Source of the DNA: Octopus sinensis
Taxonomy: Eukaryota
Reading direction: 5' to 3'
NCBI RefSeq assembly: GCF_006345805.1
Contig: NC_043010.1
Location: 7,812,001 to 7,876,000 of the forward strand
DNA length: 64,000 nucleotides
Below, in pieces: positions 25,207-40,077 of the stretch (its first letter is position 1; each line of letters begins with the position of its first letter). The notes below the pieces were generated by a model. It ran no database searches. It was given only the letters and a program-made list of their open reading frames with translations, and was not told the DNA's origin. The position numbers and the translations under genes are program-made.

Positions 25207-26986
25207 AATGCAATATGTATATATATGTTGCCTTGCACTCATAAATAATGTGAATCTGTCACTGACATGCACTCACACATACATATGTTATGTATGTATA
25301 TGCATACGAGTATGTATATATATATATCTTATGTATATCTTTAATATATATATATATCTTATGTATATCTTATCTCTAATATATATATATATATAGATAT
25401 ATAGATATATATATATAGTAATTATAGGAACAGATCATGAAATATACAACAATGGAGGATATCTGCTCTGAAAATTGCTATCAACATTGATTTTCTTGTA
25501 AAATACTGTATTCCGAGGCTAATTTTCCTGCAAAACGTTGCATGATTTAATCTTAGTTGGTACTTGTGTGACCCTGATTATTCTTAGTCACAATATACTG
25601 CAGGAAGACATCTCTCATTACCAGAGCAGTGAATGAATGCTGCTTTCAATATTCTACATATTTCACCTTACAGATATTATCGGCATTTTAAGCACCCATT
25701 TACTTGATATGTTTCAGAAGCTGGACAATTGGGAGCAGAGCACCATGGCTGAAACTAATTTCATTTGCAATGTCTTCTGACATGAAGCATCAATCACAAC
25801 CAATAAGTTCATCCACATTGTTACACAGGCACATGATTTTCCCATGAACTCCCGATATGCCGCTTAGCATGCATACATTGTCTGGCTACTTTAAGTGTCT
25901 CTAAAAACATGTACTTGCTTCTTCGATCCAAATACAAATACTCCATGGTTCTCTTGTCTTTGTCCATAAATTGTAATTTTGCTCATTCTTTCTTTCCTTC
26001 TGTTGAATGTATATATATTTATTTATGCATACATAAATATATGCATGTATGTATACTATATATATATGTGTGTTTGTGTGTGTATGTGTGTAGTGTAATG
26101 TAATAATATTTTACTATAAGTATCTATGTATCTGTGTATGAATTGGTGTGTGTGTGTGTGTGTGTATTTTTGCACAAAATAACAGATGCTTGCTTGTTGT
26201 TCGTTATACGAACAACTTTCCCAAGAGTAATGACATCCTATGGTTTACAAAGTGACAACAAGAGGTAATCACCCAATGAACGTGGAATGCAAGGGTGCCA
26301 ATTTATACTGCCGCATCATGAATGTATTCCTGAAATGAAAGGTATAGAGATACATTAACCCAGTTAACAGAGATTTACAGTAAGGAAGTATTCACTCTCT
26401 GTAATGAAAATACATCAATGTTGCACAGTTTGCTTCCAGTAAAATTGAAAGCTAACGGTGTCTGATTTGTTATTTGACTATTTATTCATTTTTTTTTATT
26501 TATTTATTTCTGTTTTTTTTTTGTTATTTCTTATTTATTTATTTATTTATTTTTTCTGTATAATGGAAGAGGTCACTATAAAGATTATATGTATTTGTGT
26601 GTGTGTGTGTGTGTGTGTATACTTTACCACTATTGTAATAGAAAGAACAATAGCAACCATAAATATCAGGGAAACAGCAAACAAAAAAAAACAGCAAAAA
26701 AAAACACTAAAAGGAAAGGTGGAGAAAGAAGAAAGAGAAATGAAATAATTTATAAAAAAAAATACAAAACATAAATAGAATAACAGAATAAGAGAATGAA
26801 ATTATCAAGTATAAAGTATATGCAATAAAGTATTTTTTTGAAGGAATCCTTTTATATGTATATATTGTTGCCATTGCTGTGTGTATCTGTCAGCCTTATA
26901 TGAGAGCCTACATATATGTGTGTGTGTATGTATTGTATATATATATATGTGTGTGTGTGTGTGTATCCTGCAATACATGTCATAAA

Positions 26987-27100
<114 letters not shown>

Positions 27101-27272
27101 TATTGTACGTGCATTTTGATGTCTGAGTATCCAATATTACTTATACAGAGATGAGAGAATAACATATGTTCTTTCATATTTCTAAATGCCAGGGTCTGTG
27201 TGCTTTCATCAAGAAAATAGAAGTTGTTTAACAGGGGGTGTACATATCTTAACAACAACAAAAGAGAACCTA

Positions 27273-27321
<49 letters not shown>

Positions 27322-27327
27322 ATATAT

Positions 27328-27384
<57 letters not shown>

Positions 27385-27902
27385 TATATATATATATATA
27401 TGTACATATATATATATATGAAAATAAAAAGCAAAAGTATAAATGAAAGAAAGAAAGAAATGAAAATAACAACATTCTATTCTTCCGATAATAGATATTA
27501 CAAATGAAATAGCAAGGACAAACCATTGACAAAAATCAGAAAGGAATCTTTCAGCTAAACAAGAACCAGAGTGAACATGAATCTAGATCGTATTGATTGT
27601 ATATCATTACAGCCCTTCAAACTAGCTTAGCTTATCGTTGAATTTGTCCTGATTTTTTTAGGTCAGATAATGTTCACTTTGATCCGCAGATACAAAACTA
27701 ATCAAGTAAATCCATAAACCCATTCTTTCTACTTAAACTAACAGAACCATCAAAACCCGAAACTCTTTGTGAGTGTGTGTGTGTGTGTATGTGCCCACAT
27801 TCATGTATGTATGCATGTGTATGATTGCATTTGTGTGGGGTGGGCAAGCAGGTGAATAAGAAAGGGAGAGTGAAAGAAAAAGACATAGAGTTAAAGAAGA
27901 GA

Positions 27903-28003
<101 letters not shown>

Positions 28004-28177
28004 ATATATATACAGAGATAGATAGATAGATAGATATGTCAGTATGGAAGGCAGACAATGGATGATGATGATGATGATGATGATGATATCTATATATGTG
28101 TTTATGCATATATGTCCCTCGTATATTTCTATGGATATGTGTCTATGTGAGTGTATATCTAAACATTCATATTTATC

Positions 28178-28210
<33 letters not shown>

Positions 28211-28747
28211 TATATGTGTGTGTGTGTAATATATATTATACATCAAATTATTATATATTATGCTATGTACACAGTTATGGATATATATTAGTATATATGT
28301 GTTTTTATACATATAATGCATTAAAAGTATATATGTATATGATATAGATATATATACACATGTACATTATATACTAAGATTATACCTATATTCATGTATA
28401 TATGTATGCATTTCTTTGCTAATCTGTTTATTTTTTTCTCTCTCAGATCAGGTGGAACATAAAGAGAGAAAGAATTTGCAACAGAAATAAATTTGGTACA
28501 AAAAGAAGAAGTAAAAAAAAAAAACATTGTAATATGAATTGAGTTAAGTGTCTAACTTTGGGTTTTTTCTGGGGTTCTGAGCTCTTTTAGCTAATCTCAA
28601 TTACTTTTGTTTCTTTGACTGATCCTTATTCCTCTTTCATCAACTACCAGCTTAAAAAAAGTTAGGAACTTTACATACTTTCTAAACATGCTAGCAATAG
28701 TAACAAAATCTCACATGAACCGCATTGCACTTTCTTAAAAATAAGAC

Positions 28748-28982
28748 ACCTATTTCTTTATTACCCATAAGGGGCTAAACATAGAGGGGACAAACAAGGA
28801 CAGACATAGGTATTAAGTCAATTAAATCGACCCCAGTGCATAACTGGTACTTAATTTATCGACCCCGAAAGGATGAAAGGCAAAGTCAACCTCAGCGGAA
28901 TTTGAACTCAGAACGTAAAGACAGACGAAATACCGCTAAGCATTTCGCCCAGCGTGCTAACATTTCTGCCATCTCGCCGCTG
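28748..28982 (-). mobile_element. Family B SINE, near-consensus
   Basis: Full reverse-complement copy. Confidence 0.85.
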
Positions 28983-29559
28983 TCTTAAAAATAAGACACC
29001 ATTGAATATTGTAGTCCATGATGAACTTCTGAAAAAGTGACGAAGTGATCCTGAGCTAAATACCCTTAATTTCTATTTAACACAATACAGGAACATATAT
29101 AGTCACAGAAATTACTAGAAACAACTATGTGTCCTTAGTACCACATACTACTATTGTAAAGATGAGAGATCATTAAATATTAGTGTACTTTTAGACATAC
29201 TATCCTGGAAAAAGGATAGTGACATGGTCATAGCTGGAATGTCTTTGAGCATTAGTCTGTGCAATCAGAGTTGACCTGGCCTTTGGTTAAATAGCAATTT
29301 CAACAACTGTCTTCTAGTTTTCTTATTGGCTATATTAAATATATATATCAGTTATACAGAAACCTTTTCTCTCTTCTAAAATTAATGAATGTACCAAAAT
29401 TAGCATTTTATTCCAAGAGCTGAAACTTCATTCAGATGTAAAATTGTGAATTGGGAAGCTTTACATCATTGTCTGATGTATTAACACTCACAGAGCCCTT
29501 AGCCAACTCAGTGTTTCACACACTTGAGATGAGCAAAATGTTATGAAAACATTGCATTC

Positions 29560-29962
29560 AGGTGCAGGAGTGGCTGTGTGGTAAGTAGCTTGCTAACAAA
29601 CCACATGGTTCCGGGTTCAGTCCCACTGCGTGGCATCTTAGGCAAGTGTCTTCTGCTATAGCCTTGGGCCGGCCAAAGCCTTGTGAGTGGATTTGGTAGA
29701 CGGAAACTGAAAGAAGCCTGTTGTATATATGTATATATATGTATGTGTGTGTATATGTTTGTGTGTCTGTGTTTGTCCCTCTAGCATTGCTTGACAACCG
29801 ATGCTGGTGTGTTTATGTCCCCGTCACTTAGTGGTATGGCAAAAGAGACCGATAGAATAAGTACTGGGCTTACAAAAGAATAAGTCCCGGGGTCGATTTG
29901 CTCGACTAAAGGTGGTGCTCCTGCATGGCCGCAGTCAAATGACTGAAACAAGTAAAAGAGTA
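29560..29962 (+). mobile_element. SINE family A copy
   Basis: AGGTGCAGGAGTGGCTGTGTGGTAAGTAGC head through AAACAAGTAAAAGAG tail. Confidence 0.88.
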
Positions 29963-32339
29963 AACAAGAGAAAAGAGAGTGATTTGCAAGTGCATAAGGA
30001 CCTCTAGGGAGGAATGTACAGAAAAAAAAATTATTGATGAATCTTTAATTTTACTCATCGATAGATATGTAAATTACATTTAGCTACAGTTTTCCCTCAT
30101 CCTTTTCTTTAAAGAAATTTCTTCAGTGGAAGTTTCAGATTTTGAATATAGGTAAAACATCACTCATATTCTGCAATATTTACCCAGGAAATCTGCATCT
30201 CTGTCAGCTGAAAACCTTGATATAAGAGTGATAGCTACCTTAACTTTAGAAATAATTTGAGATTGTGCCAGTCATCATATCCGATTATGGCTAAAAGCTG
30301 GTCTTATATGAAATAGTTCCCTCAGCTTTAATAAATATATTTTATAACAAAGTTGTAGTTGCTGAAGTCACACCTAATTTGTAGTTGTTTGTTGGTGTTA
30401 CTTCCATTAGTTGACTTGAGTGTAAGTCATACCACTTTTCCTTGATTTTAACTGAAAAGTTGAGAAGTAATTTATATATGGGGTTAACCTAAAACTATGA
30501 GGGAAAAAATTTCACACTGTGATTTAACTCTAAATTAGGGGTGAGACTTATATATGTGTGTGACTTATCACTGTGATCACCGTAATCGACCAGGCTATCA
30601 GATGTTGTTACACATCGCTGGTCACAATACGCTTTGCATTGTTTTAGCCTTCAAATGATGCCACCTCGCTGGCTAAGCGAGCAGGCCAACAGAAGAAAGA
30701 GTGAGAGAAAGTTGTGGCGAAAGAATATAGCAGGGATCGCCACCACTCCCTGCCAGAGCCTCGTGAAGCTTTAGGTGTTTTCGCTCAATAAACACTCACA
30801 ATGCCTGGTCTGGGAATCAAAACCGCAATCCTACAACCGCGAGTCCACTCCCCTAACCACTAGGCCATTGTGCCTCCGTGTGTGACTTATACACAAGTAA
30901 ATATGCTAAGTCCTAGACTTCCATTATAACTGAGTTCACATCTAGAATGCCTTAAATCGCCACCAGTATTTGACTGATTGTTATTCTCTGTGGACCCTAC
31001 AAGGATGAAAGAAAAAGAGCTTGACCCCCCAAAAAGATTGGTACGCAGAACATAATGGGTCATTACTAAATACAACAAATATTTTTGCCAATGCCTTAAC
31101 AATTCTACCTGTTTTGAAATATATTAGTGGAAAACTGACTCAAATTCAAAATAACACTGAGATGAACATATGACAAATAATAATTTTGAATAAAATTCAT
31201 TTAAAAAATCAGCAATCTACTTGAATAAATATTATGTTTGTAAGCATAGTTTTCCAAACCAGTTTAGGTTTCATAACAAACTATCTTCATTTTAGTAATA
31301 CTTAAGCTCTCATTCAGCTTTATAATAAGACTGACCAAATTTCCCTTTCTGTGGATATTTTAGTTTCACATTCATATTAAAGTGAGTATGAAGGTATTTT
31401 AAGCAATTTAATTGAAGCCAAATACTAATACATTAAAACTCACTTGATAATCTAACCCACTTGATGCTACATTTTACTCTGTGCTGCAAGACCTTTCAAT
31501 CTAAAATATTCCCATCTAAGTTAATACATTCCACATTAGTATGTTAAGACATTTTTCACTTTATCTTCCAAACATAAACTTAAAATTAATAACAACAGGT
31601 ACTGACTAAATGTCTACTAATTCTTTATTGCCAAAATTAACTGAAATGCATGGACAGGGTATTTTCACCAATTGTATAATCACAAACTATTAAACAGCTT
31701 AATTTGAAATAAGATAAAATCTTCAGTAAAACAGTTTTAAACAAGATTAGCAATACTACTTGTTACTAGAGCATAAGATGGTCAGTATATAAATGTTTTG
31801 TATACAAAACATATCAAACTAATATCTAATTATGCTGCAAAAAATATTCTACTCACCCAAAGAATTCTAACAGAAAAATATAAGACAAATTACTAAACTG
31901 CTAAAAGACCCCAAAACTTTTCTTATAAAAAAAAAGAAATAATAAGAAAAAGGTGATTTAACAATTTTCAAGTTTTATAGACTGGAAATAGTTAAAGTGT
32001 ATTAAAATTAAATAGTTAGCAAAGTAAATGAGATAGCTTAATTCTGAATAGTCAAACTTCTATGTACAAAAACTTTAGGCAAAAGAATATATTTATGGTA
32101 ATTTGAAAGCAAGCCACTACTCTGAATTAAAGAAAATGTGTCTATGTTCATACATGTACATATGTATTGAGATGATAATAATGATAATATATCTGTATGT
32201 ACATGAGTGGGCATATGTGTATATATGCGGTGTGTGTGTGCATACATATAGTCATATATATATATACATCAGCATTATTTATATGTATAAACACACACCT
32301 ATACATTTAGATGTCTGTATGTGTGTATTTATATTAGAT

Positions 32340-33062
<723 letters not shown>

Positions 33063-33690
33063 ATCATATCTGTGTGTGAGTGTGCATGTGTATATGTGAA
33101 TGTGTATGTGTGTGTATGTGCTTGTGCCTGTGTATATTTTTTTCATGAAACACAAATATTAAAAACGGGAAAGGTATATATAAAGGCACATACTAAGCTT
33201 GTTCTACACAAAAAGATTTTGTTAAAGTTTGATAGAAAAATATTTATGGAACTTTGAAACTGAAAGTTAAAAATGTGAAAATGTGTTACTCACTTTTTGT
33301 ATATGGAAACAATTTTAAAGATCTGTTAAGTCTCCAAAAAATAATTTACTAGACTAGATATTTCAGTTGTGTGTTTTGTGTGTATAAACCTTGAAAATTA
33401 TACTATAATTAGGCAGGTTTATACTTTTTGTTTCTGTTCTCTTTTTCCTGTTTTTCCCCCCTCTTTTTAAAAAAATTGATAATTTTTGGGAGATTTTTTT
33501 TTGTTTGTTTCTCTTTCAAATCATCTCCAACAATGCAGTACAAAAATGATGTTAAATGAAATTATTTTAAAAGCAAGCAGTGGAAAATAGTGAATAAAAT
33601 GCCAAAAAAAAAAACATATACATATTTACAAATATGTAAGATGAACACATACAATAGAATTCTAAGAGTAAGCAGAAAATGGAAGAAAAA

Positions 33691-33725
<35 letters not shown>

Positions 33726-34242
33726 GAAGAAAAAAGAATGAAACAAAGAAAGAAAGGAAACAAATCACTACTAAATAATGACAGGTGTGAATGTTTTTAA
33801 AATAAAATCAAATGTTGTTTATGTAGACAGTGTCTGTAAATTTCGGTTCCACATCAGGATGAAAGTACATGTTTTTATTATGTAGTGAATTATTTATGTA
33901 AAAACAAAACAAAAATAAAAACAAAACATACACACATATACATACATACACACACACACACACACATGCAGACACACACACAACAAACTAACATTTATAC
34001 CACTCAGTGCCAAGAAATACTAAAGAATATATTTTGATGACAGAGCAGTCATCAGTTTGATTATAAAGTATACACTTCTATAAATTTTTAATAACATTTT
34101 CAAAACAACATAGCATTTATTTCTCACTTTTAATAATTTTACAATATCTGTGTTGTTGATAAAAAGTACTTTTTTTTATAAATATATTTTTCTTACTACA
34201 TTTATTGTTTTGTTTTATATAATTGCCATGCTGATAACTATA

Positions 34243-34278
<36 letters not shown>

Positions 34279-34323
34279 ATACACAAATAATATTTTTTTG
34301 TTGTTTTAAAAACAACCACTTAC

Positions 34324-34520
34324 TTGGTTCAGTATATGTTTTCCTGTCAGTCGTTATAGAAGATGTGTATCCTGCTGTAGAGTTAGTTAAATAGTAACTG
34401 CTACTGTGGCATCAGTTATTATGGTGTGTGATATAGAACTATGAAAGAGAGGTCTGCAGTCTTATCAAGCAGTGTGCATATGTGTGTGTATGCAATGCCT
34501 GCTGCAGCCAATGAGTAGCT
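34324..34520 (-). promoter_or_regulatory. Candidate promoter and non-coding first exon of the 24912 Pcdh
   Basis: CCAAT box at 34508-34512, Inr-like TTTCATAGTT at ~34437-34446, ~120 nt of unique non-repetitive sequence, then donor CCAA|GTAAGT (intron starts 34323). Candidate acceptor ccaatcacgccag|G at ~25051 upstream of the ATG. Confidence 0.5.
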
Positions 34521-35559
34521 GTCAGAGAGTCACATGGATAGAAACGAATTCTAACTTCAACTTTGCCAGCAAGTAGATTTTAACCTCATAATGAGACATT
34601 TGCAATTCTTTTAGTTCTTCTAAATATATCTCCTTTTCTCTGTATATATTTAGATAAAACCACCATTACTGTCAAGTTAGGATATGTTCTTAAATGGAAT
34701 TAATTTAGTCCCTTGATTCATAGTGTATGCCTGACAGAAAAATTAAGTACTCTCTCTCTATTGTTGCAAAACTTTTATTCTATGCCTCTGAGAGAAGAGA
34801 GAGAGTTTATCTGAGGACTTTGTTATGCACCTAGCATATAACTGTTATCTGACTAAGCGCATGCCTCCTACTGAAAGAAGGTATTGAAAATTGAATCACG
34901 TTTTTAATCAATCTTCTGTGTTAAGAGAAAAATATTATTGATTTTTCTCCTTAATATTAAACATTACATTTTTAGCTATTTTATTTTTCCACTTCCCATC
35001 AATTTTTGACATTTTAAAATGTTTTAAATTCATTATTAGAAGAGTTTTGTTCAGAGTAGAGGAATATAGGGTAATTAGTGAATTAAAATTAAAATTGAAT
35101 GAGGAATAAAAACAATTGTTTTGAATGTAATTAAATCAAAAGGTGGAAAATTCTTTAGCTTTTAGAATATCAACTGAATTTCGAATATTGTTTTATACAT
35201 TTTTAGCTTCATTCTTTTTCCATTAAGAATGTTTTATTTCATTTTCTCTTAGTATAACTTGTGCTGATTTAGATTATTACTGTAAATGCTTCAAATTTTT
35301 GCTTTTCTTTACTTTTCATTGTTTTTGTTAACACAATAACACTTTTTTCTTTCAAATTTCAAAAGTAATTAGTAAAAAAATGTTGATTTAATAAATTTTA
35401 TTTGATAAATGAAATTTTCAAGAGTAATAGGCTCTAAACACAGTAAGGATGCTTAGCAATTTGGACACAAATACTCAAAAATGTCAAACAGGAATACTGT
35501 ATTCTGATAGCCAAAGTATAAATAGAACTTGTAAGTGTATTAGAGTGTATAGGCCACAG

Positions 35560-35990
35560 AGCAGACATTTTAAGACCATATCCAAGAAAGGCTACTTGAC
35601 TGATTCACAAGTTCTTCTTCAATACACTTCAACTCTGGCTCAAAGCCATGCTACCTCTCTTCTCCCTGTCTTCTCTACTTGTACTATAGTGGTATATGCT
35701 CTTGGGAGCTGGTTGGCTAATCTCACAGTCACATGTCACTTCAAGCACTCTATACTCATTCATCTCTCTTGATTTTATCCAGTGACTCTATTTTGGGCCT
35801 GAGCCTTGCACACTTCATCCAGTCTTTCTTCCCCAGAATTTTGGGTTCTTTGGAAATCCCTCCCAGCCTATAGTTATTTTTCCTATAGCCATCAGCCTGT
35901 AACTGCTTAAGAGAAACAGCAAATGCATCAATCTCATCAGTCTTGATAGGCCTACGAAGGCCCAGAACCTTCCACAGGATCTAACCAATG
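35560..35990 (-). mobile_element. Possible highly degenerate RTE-type LINE remnant
   Basis: Minus strand GR.KKTWMKC-like segment reminiscent of the RTE C-terminal GRP.K.W motif; many stops. Confidence 0.25.
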
Positions 35991-36166
35991 AATAATGATA
36001 ATTGTCTCTGATTCAGACACAAATTCATCTACTTTGTGGGATGGAGGCTGGTTGATACCACTGACCTCAGTACTTGACAGATACTTTACGTTTTTAAATC
36101 CTGAGGAATGAAAGACACCAATAATCTTAGCAGCAAGATTTGAACTTAGAATATAAAAGTAAGAAA

Positions 36167-36612
36167 TACCTATTTCTTTACTACCCACAAGGAGCTAAAC
36201 ACAGAGAGAACAAACAAGGACAGACAAACAGATTAAGATGATTATATCGACCCTAGTGTGTAACTGGTACTTATTTAATCAACCCCGAAAGGATGAAAGG
36301 CAAAGTCAACCTCGGCGGAATTTGAACTCAGAACGTAACGGCAGACGAAATACCTATTTCTTTACTACCCACAAGGGGCTAAACACAGAGAGGACAAACA
36401 AGGACAAACAAACAGATTAAGACGATTATATCGCCCCCAGTGTGTAACTGGTACTTATTCAATCGACCCCGAAAGGATGAAAGGCAAAGTCGACCTCGGC
36501 GGAATTTGAACTCAGAACGTAACGGCAGCCAAAATACGGCTACACATTTCGCCCGGCGTGCTAACGTTTCCGCAAAGCATTTTTTCTGACCCTCTAATAA
36601 TTCTGCCAGCTC
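36167..36612 (-). mobile_element. Tandem family B SINE dimer
   Basis: Two consecutive bodies, each with the ACCCACAAGG.GCTAAACACAGAG tail. Confidence 0.85.
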
Positions 36613-37657
36613 ACTGTAACAAAGCCTTTTATAATACATATGTTTTTGTTAACTTCAGAAGGACGTGGTAATAGTAAATATCTTAGTGTCTACTATCACT
36701 ACAAGTCCAGTTTAAAACCACAAATTTTTCTAATACTTTAATAGTGTCCATATGCTGTAACTTCAAACTATATATTGCTTCAGTGTATTGTAAATGAACT
36801 CAGTCTGTTGTGTTATGTGTAAAACTTGAAACAAGAATTAATTCTAAACTGCTGAGATTCTGAAGGTTTTTTTTTTAAATTTAAAAAGATAAAATATTTT
36901 TTTTTTTAAATTGCCGTGACTCTTTGAATTACTTGAGTAATTGTAGTGGTGTGTATTCAACAAAATTTGATTGAACACAAACAATATTAAAATAGATTTT
37001 ACTCAGTACTATCGGTTTGTAGAGACCATTTAAAATTCAGCTCACGCTAACATCAGAAACGAGTGGTATGAGAGATAAAATGAAATAAAATAATAATAAT
37101 AATGATGATGATGATAATAATAATAAAAGCAGAGCAAAGAACTAGTCAACAAAATATGGACACTAATGTACTTGAATAAAAATGAAAAAAAAACAACAAA
37201 ATATCAATATTAAAATAAAACATTACAAACACTAAACAAAATATTCAAATACAGACACAGAACCGCAGCAGGGAGGAAGAGGGGAAGGGGTTATTAAAAA
37301 TAATCAGTTCCTAAAATCTGAGAGTAATTCCGATAAAATGTCCCATAGTCTTTTAATCTGATGATAATTCATAATGTATAGAATAAAATAGAAAATAAAA
37401 TATATAAAATTAACAACAGCTCTAACTAAAAGAGAAAACAATGTATGTCTGTCTGTGCACAGCCACACACATACACAAGAATGCACTCATGAAATAATAC
37501 TATGTTGCTGGTACATAACCATTACACCGAGGCCTATAAGGACATATATAAGTAAAATAGAAGCTATAATGGCTTTATGTGTGTGCATATATGTGTATGT
37601 ATGTGTGTGTGTGTGTGAGTATGTCTGGGTATGTGTGTAAATATATATATATATGTG

Positions 37658-37824
<167 letters not shown>

Positions 37825-38011
37825 GCATGTACATATATGTGGTCCTACGTTCTGGTTCAAATTCTGCTGATGTTGACTTTGTCAATGTGGTGGGCTTTGT
37901 TAATGAAATAAGTAGCAGCTGAGCACAGGAACTGATGTAATCAACTGGTCCCCTCCCCCAGAATTTCAGGTCTTGGGCCTATAGTAGAAAGAATTATTAT
38001 TATTATTATTA

Positions 38012-38482
38012 ATGCCTTTGCACAGCTTCTAACACTGGACATGTACTACAGTGTCAGCTGTTCACTAGCAGTGAACTAAGGTAACACCTCTTATTTTTCG
38101 AGCACCTTCCGGAGTATTCAAGCGGTTCCAAGCAGTGCTGTTTTTCTGCAAGTGCTCCACCCTTATTGCAGCCTCTATTTGTTCCAAGTACTTCTCGAAA
38201 TTTTTACTCACTGTTCCCAGGGCTTCGACAGTTATTGGTACCACTACCACCTTTTTCATCGACCACAACTGCTTAACCTCCCAAGCTAACCTGTCATATC
38301 TCATGACTTTTCTTTCTTCCTTATTGCATACCTTGTTGTCAGCTGGGCATGCTATATCTATGATCCAGCATAGTTTACTTTCTTTCTCAATTAAGACTAT
38401 GTCTGGCTTCCTATTATCTATCTCATGGTCGCACTGAATCATAAAATCTCCTACTCTCTATCTCATGGTCGCACTGAATCAT
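38012..38482 (-). mobile_element. R4/Dong-like non-LTR retrotransposon 3' fragment (restriction-like endonuclease), copy 1, embedded in (TAA)n
   Basis: KPDIVLIEKESKLCWIIDIACPAD..KEERKVMRYDRLAWEVKQLW..VVPITVEALG is a PD-(D/E)xK RLE domain; 3' end runs into TAA repeats; 5'-truncated. Confidence 0.88.
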
Positions 38483-38529
38483 ATTATTATTATTATTATT
38501 ATTATTATATTATTATTATTATATTATTA

Positions 38530-39000
38530 ATGCCTTTGCACAGCTTCTAACACTGGACATGTACTACAGTGTCAGCTGTTCACTAGCAGTGAACTAAGGT
38601 AACACCTCTTATTTTTCGAGCACCTTCCGGAGTATTCAAGCGGTTCCAAGCAGTGCTGTTTTTCTGCAAGTGCTCCACCCTTATTGCAGCCTCTATTTGT
38701 TCCAAGTACTTCTCGAAATTTTTACTCACTGTTCCCAGGGCTTCGACAGTTATTGGTACCACTACCACCTTTTTCATCGACCACAACTGCTTAACCTCCC
38801 AAGCTAACCTGTCATATCTCATGACTTTTCTTTCTTCCTTATTGCATACCTTGTTGTCAGCTGGGCATGCTATATCTATGATCCAGCATAGTTTACTTTC
38901 TTTCTCAATTAAGACTATGTCTGGCTTCCTATTATCTATCTCATGGTCGCACTGAATCATAAAATCTCCTACTCTCTATCTCATGGTCGCACTGAATCAT
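38530..39000 (-). mobile_element. R4/Dong-like 3' fragment, copy 2 (tandem, 518-bp offset, apparently identical)
   Basis: Identical 125-aa translation to copy 1, including the duplicated ATGATTCAGTGCGACCATGAGATAGA 5' junction. Confidence 0.88.
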
Positions 39001-39016
39001 ATTATTATTATTATTA

Positions 39017-39063
<47 letters not shown>

Positions 39064-39112
39064 ATCACCATCATCGTCGTTGTTGTTGTTGTTGGTATTA
39101 TTATTATTATTA

Positions 39113-39188
<76 letters not shown>

Positions 39189-39488
39189 GGCAGAGAGCTG
39201 GCAGAATTGTTAGCATACTGGGCAAAATGTTTAGTGGTAGTAGTAGTAGTAGTAGTATCTTTATTATTAAGTTGGAGAGCTAGCAGAATTGCTAGCATGC
39301 CAGACAAAATGCTCAGCAGCATTTTGTCCATCTCTATGTTCTGAGTTCAAATTCTACTGTGGTGGACTTTGTCTTTCATCTTTTCAGGGTCGATAAAATA
39401 AATACCAGTTGAGCACAGGGGTTGATGCAATTGACTTCTTCTTCCCCTGAGATTGCTGGCCTTGCGCAAAAATTTAAAACCATTATTA

Positions 39489-39547
<59 letters not shown>

Positions 39548-39586
39548 ATCACATCATCGTCGTTGTTGTGTTGTTGGTATATTATT

Positions 39587-39649
<63 letters not shown>

Positions 39650-39669
39650 TTTTTATTATTATTTTTATT

Positions 39670-39700
<31 letters not shown>

Positions 39701-40019
39701 TTATTATTTTTATTATTATTAAGGCAGAGAGCTGGCAGAATTGTTAGCATACTGGGCAAAATGTTTAGTGTAGTAGTAGTAGTAGTAGTATCTTTATTAT
39801 TAAGTTGGAGAGCTAGCAGAATTGCTAGCATGCCAGACAAAATGCTCAGCAGCATTTTGTCCATCTCTATGTTCTGAGTTCAATTCTACTGTGGTGGACT
39901 TTGTCTTTCATCTTTTCAGAGTCGATAAAATAAATACCAGTTGAGCACAGGGTTGATGCAATTGACTTCTTCTTCCCCTGAGATTGCTGGCCTTGCGCAA
40001 AAATTTAAAACCATTATTA

Positions 40020-40065
<46 letters not shown>
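39000..40065. repeat. ~535-bp tandem duplication of (ATT)n plus a double family B SINE
   Basis: 39187-39490 matches 39721-40021; differences are mostly homopolymer single-base indels. Confidence 0.85.
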
Positions 40066-40077
<12 letters not shown>

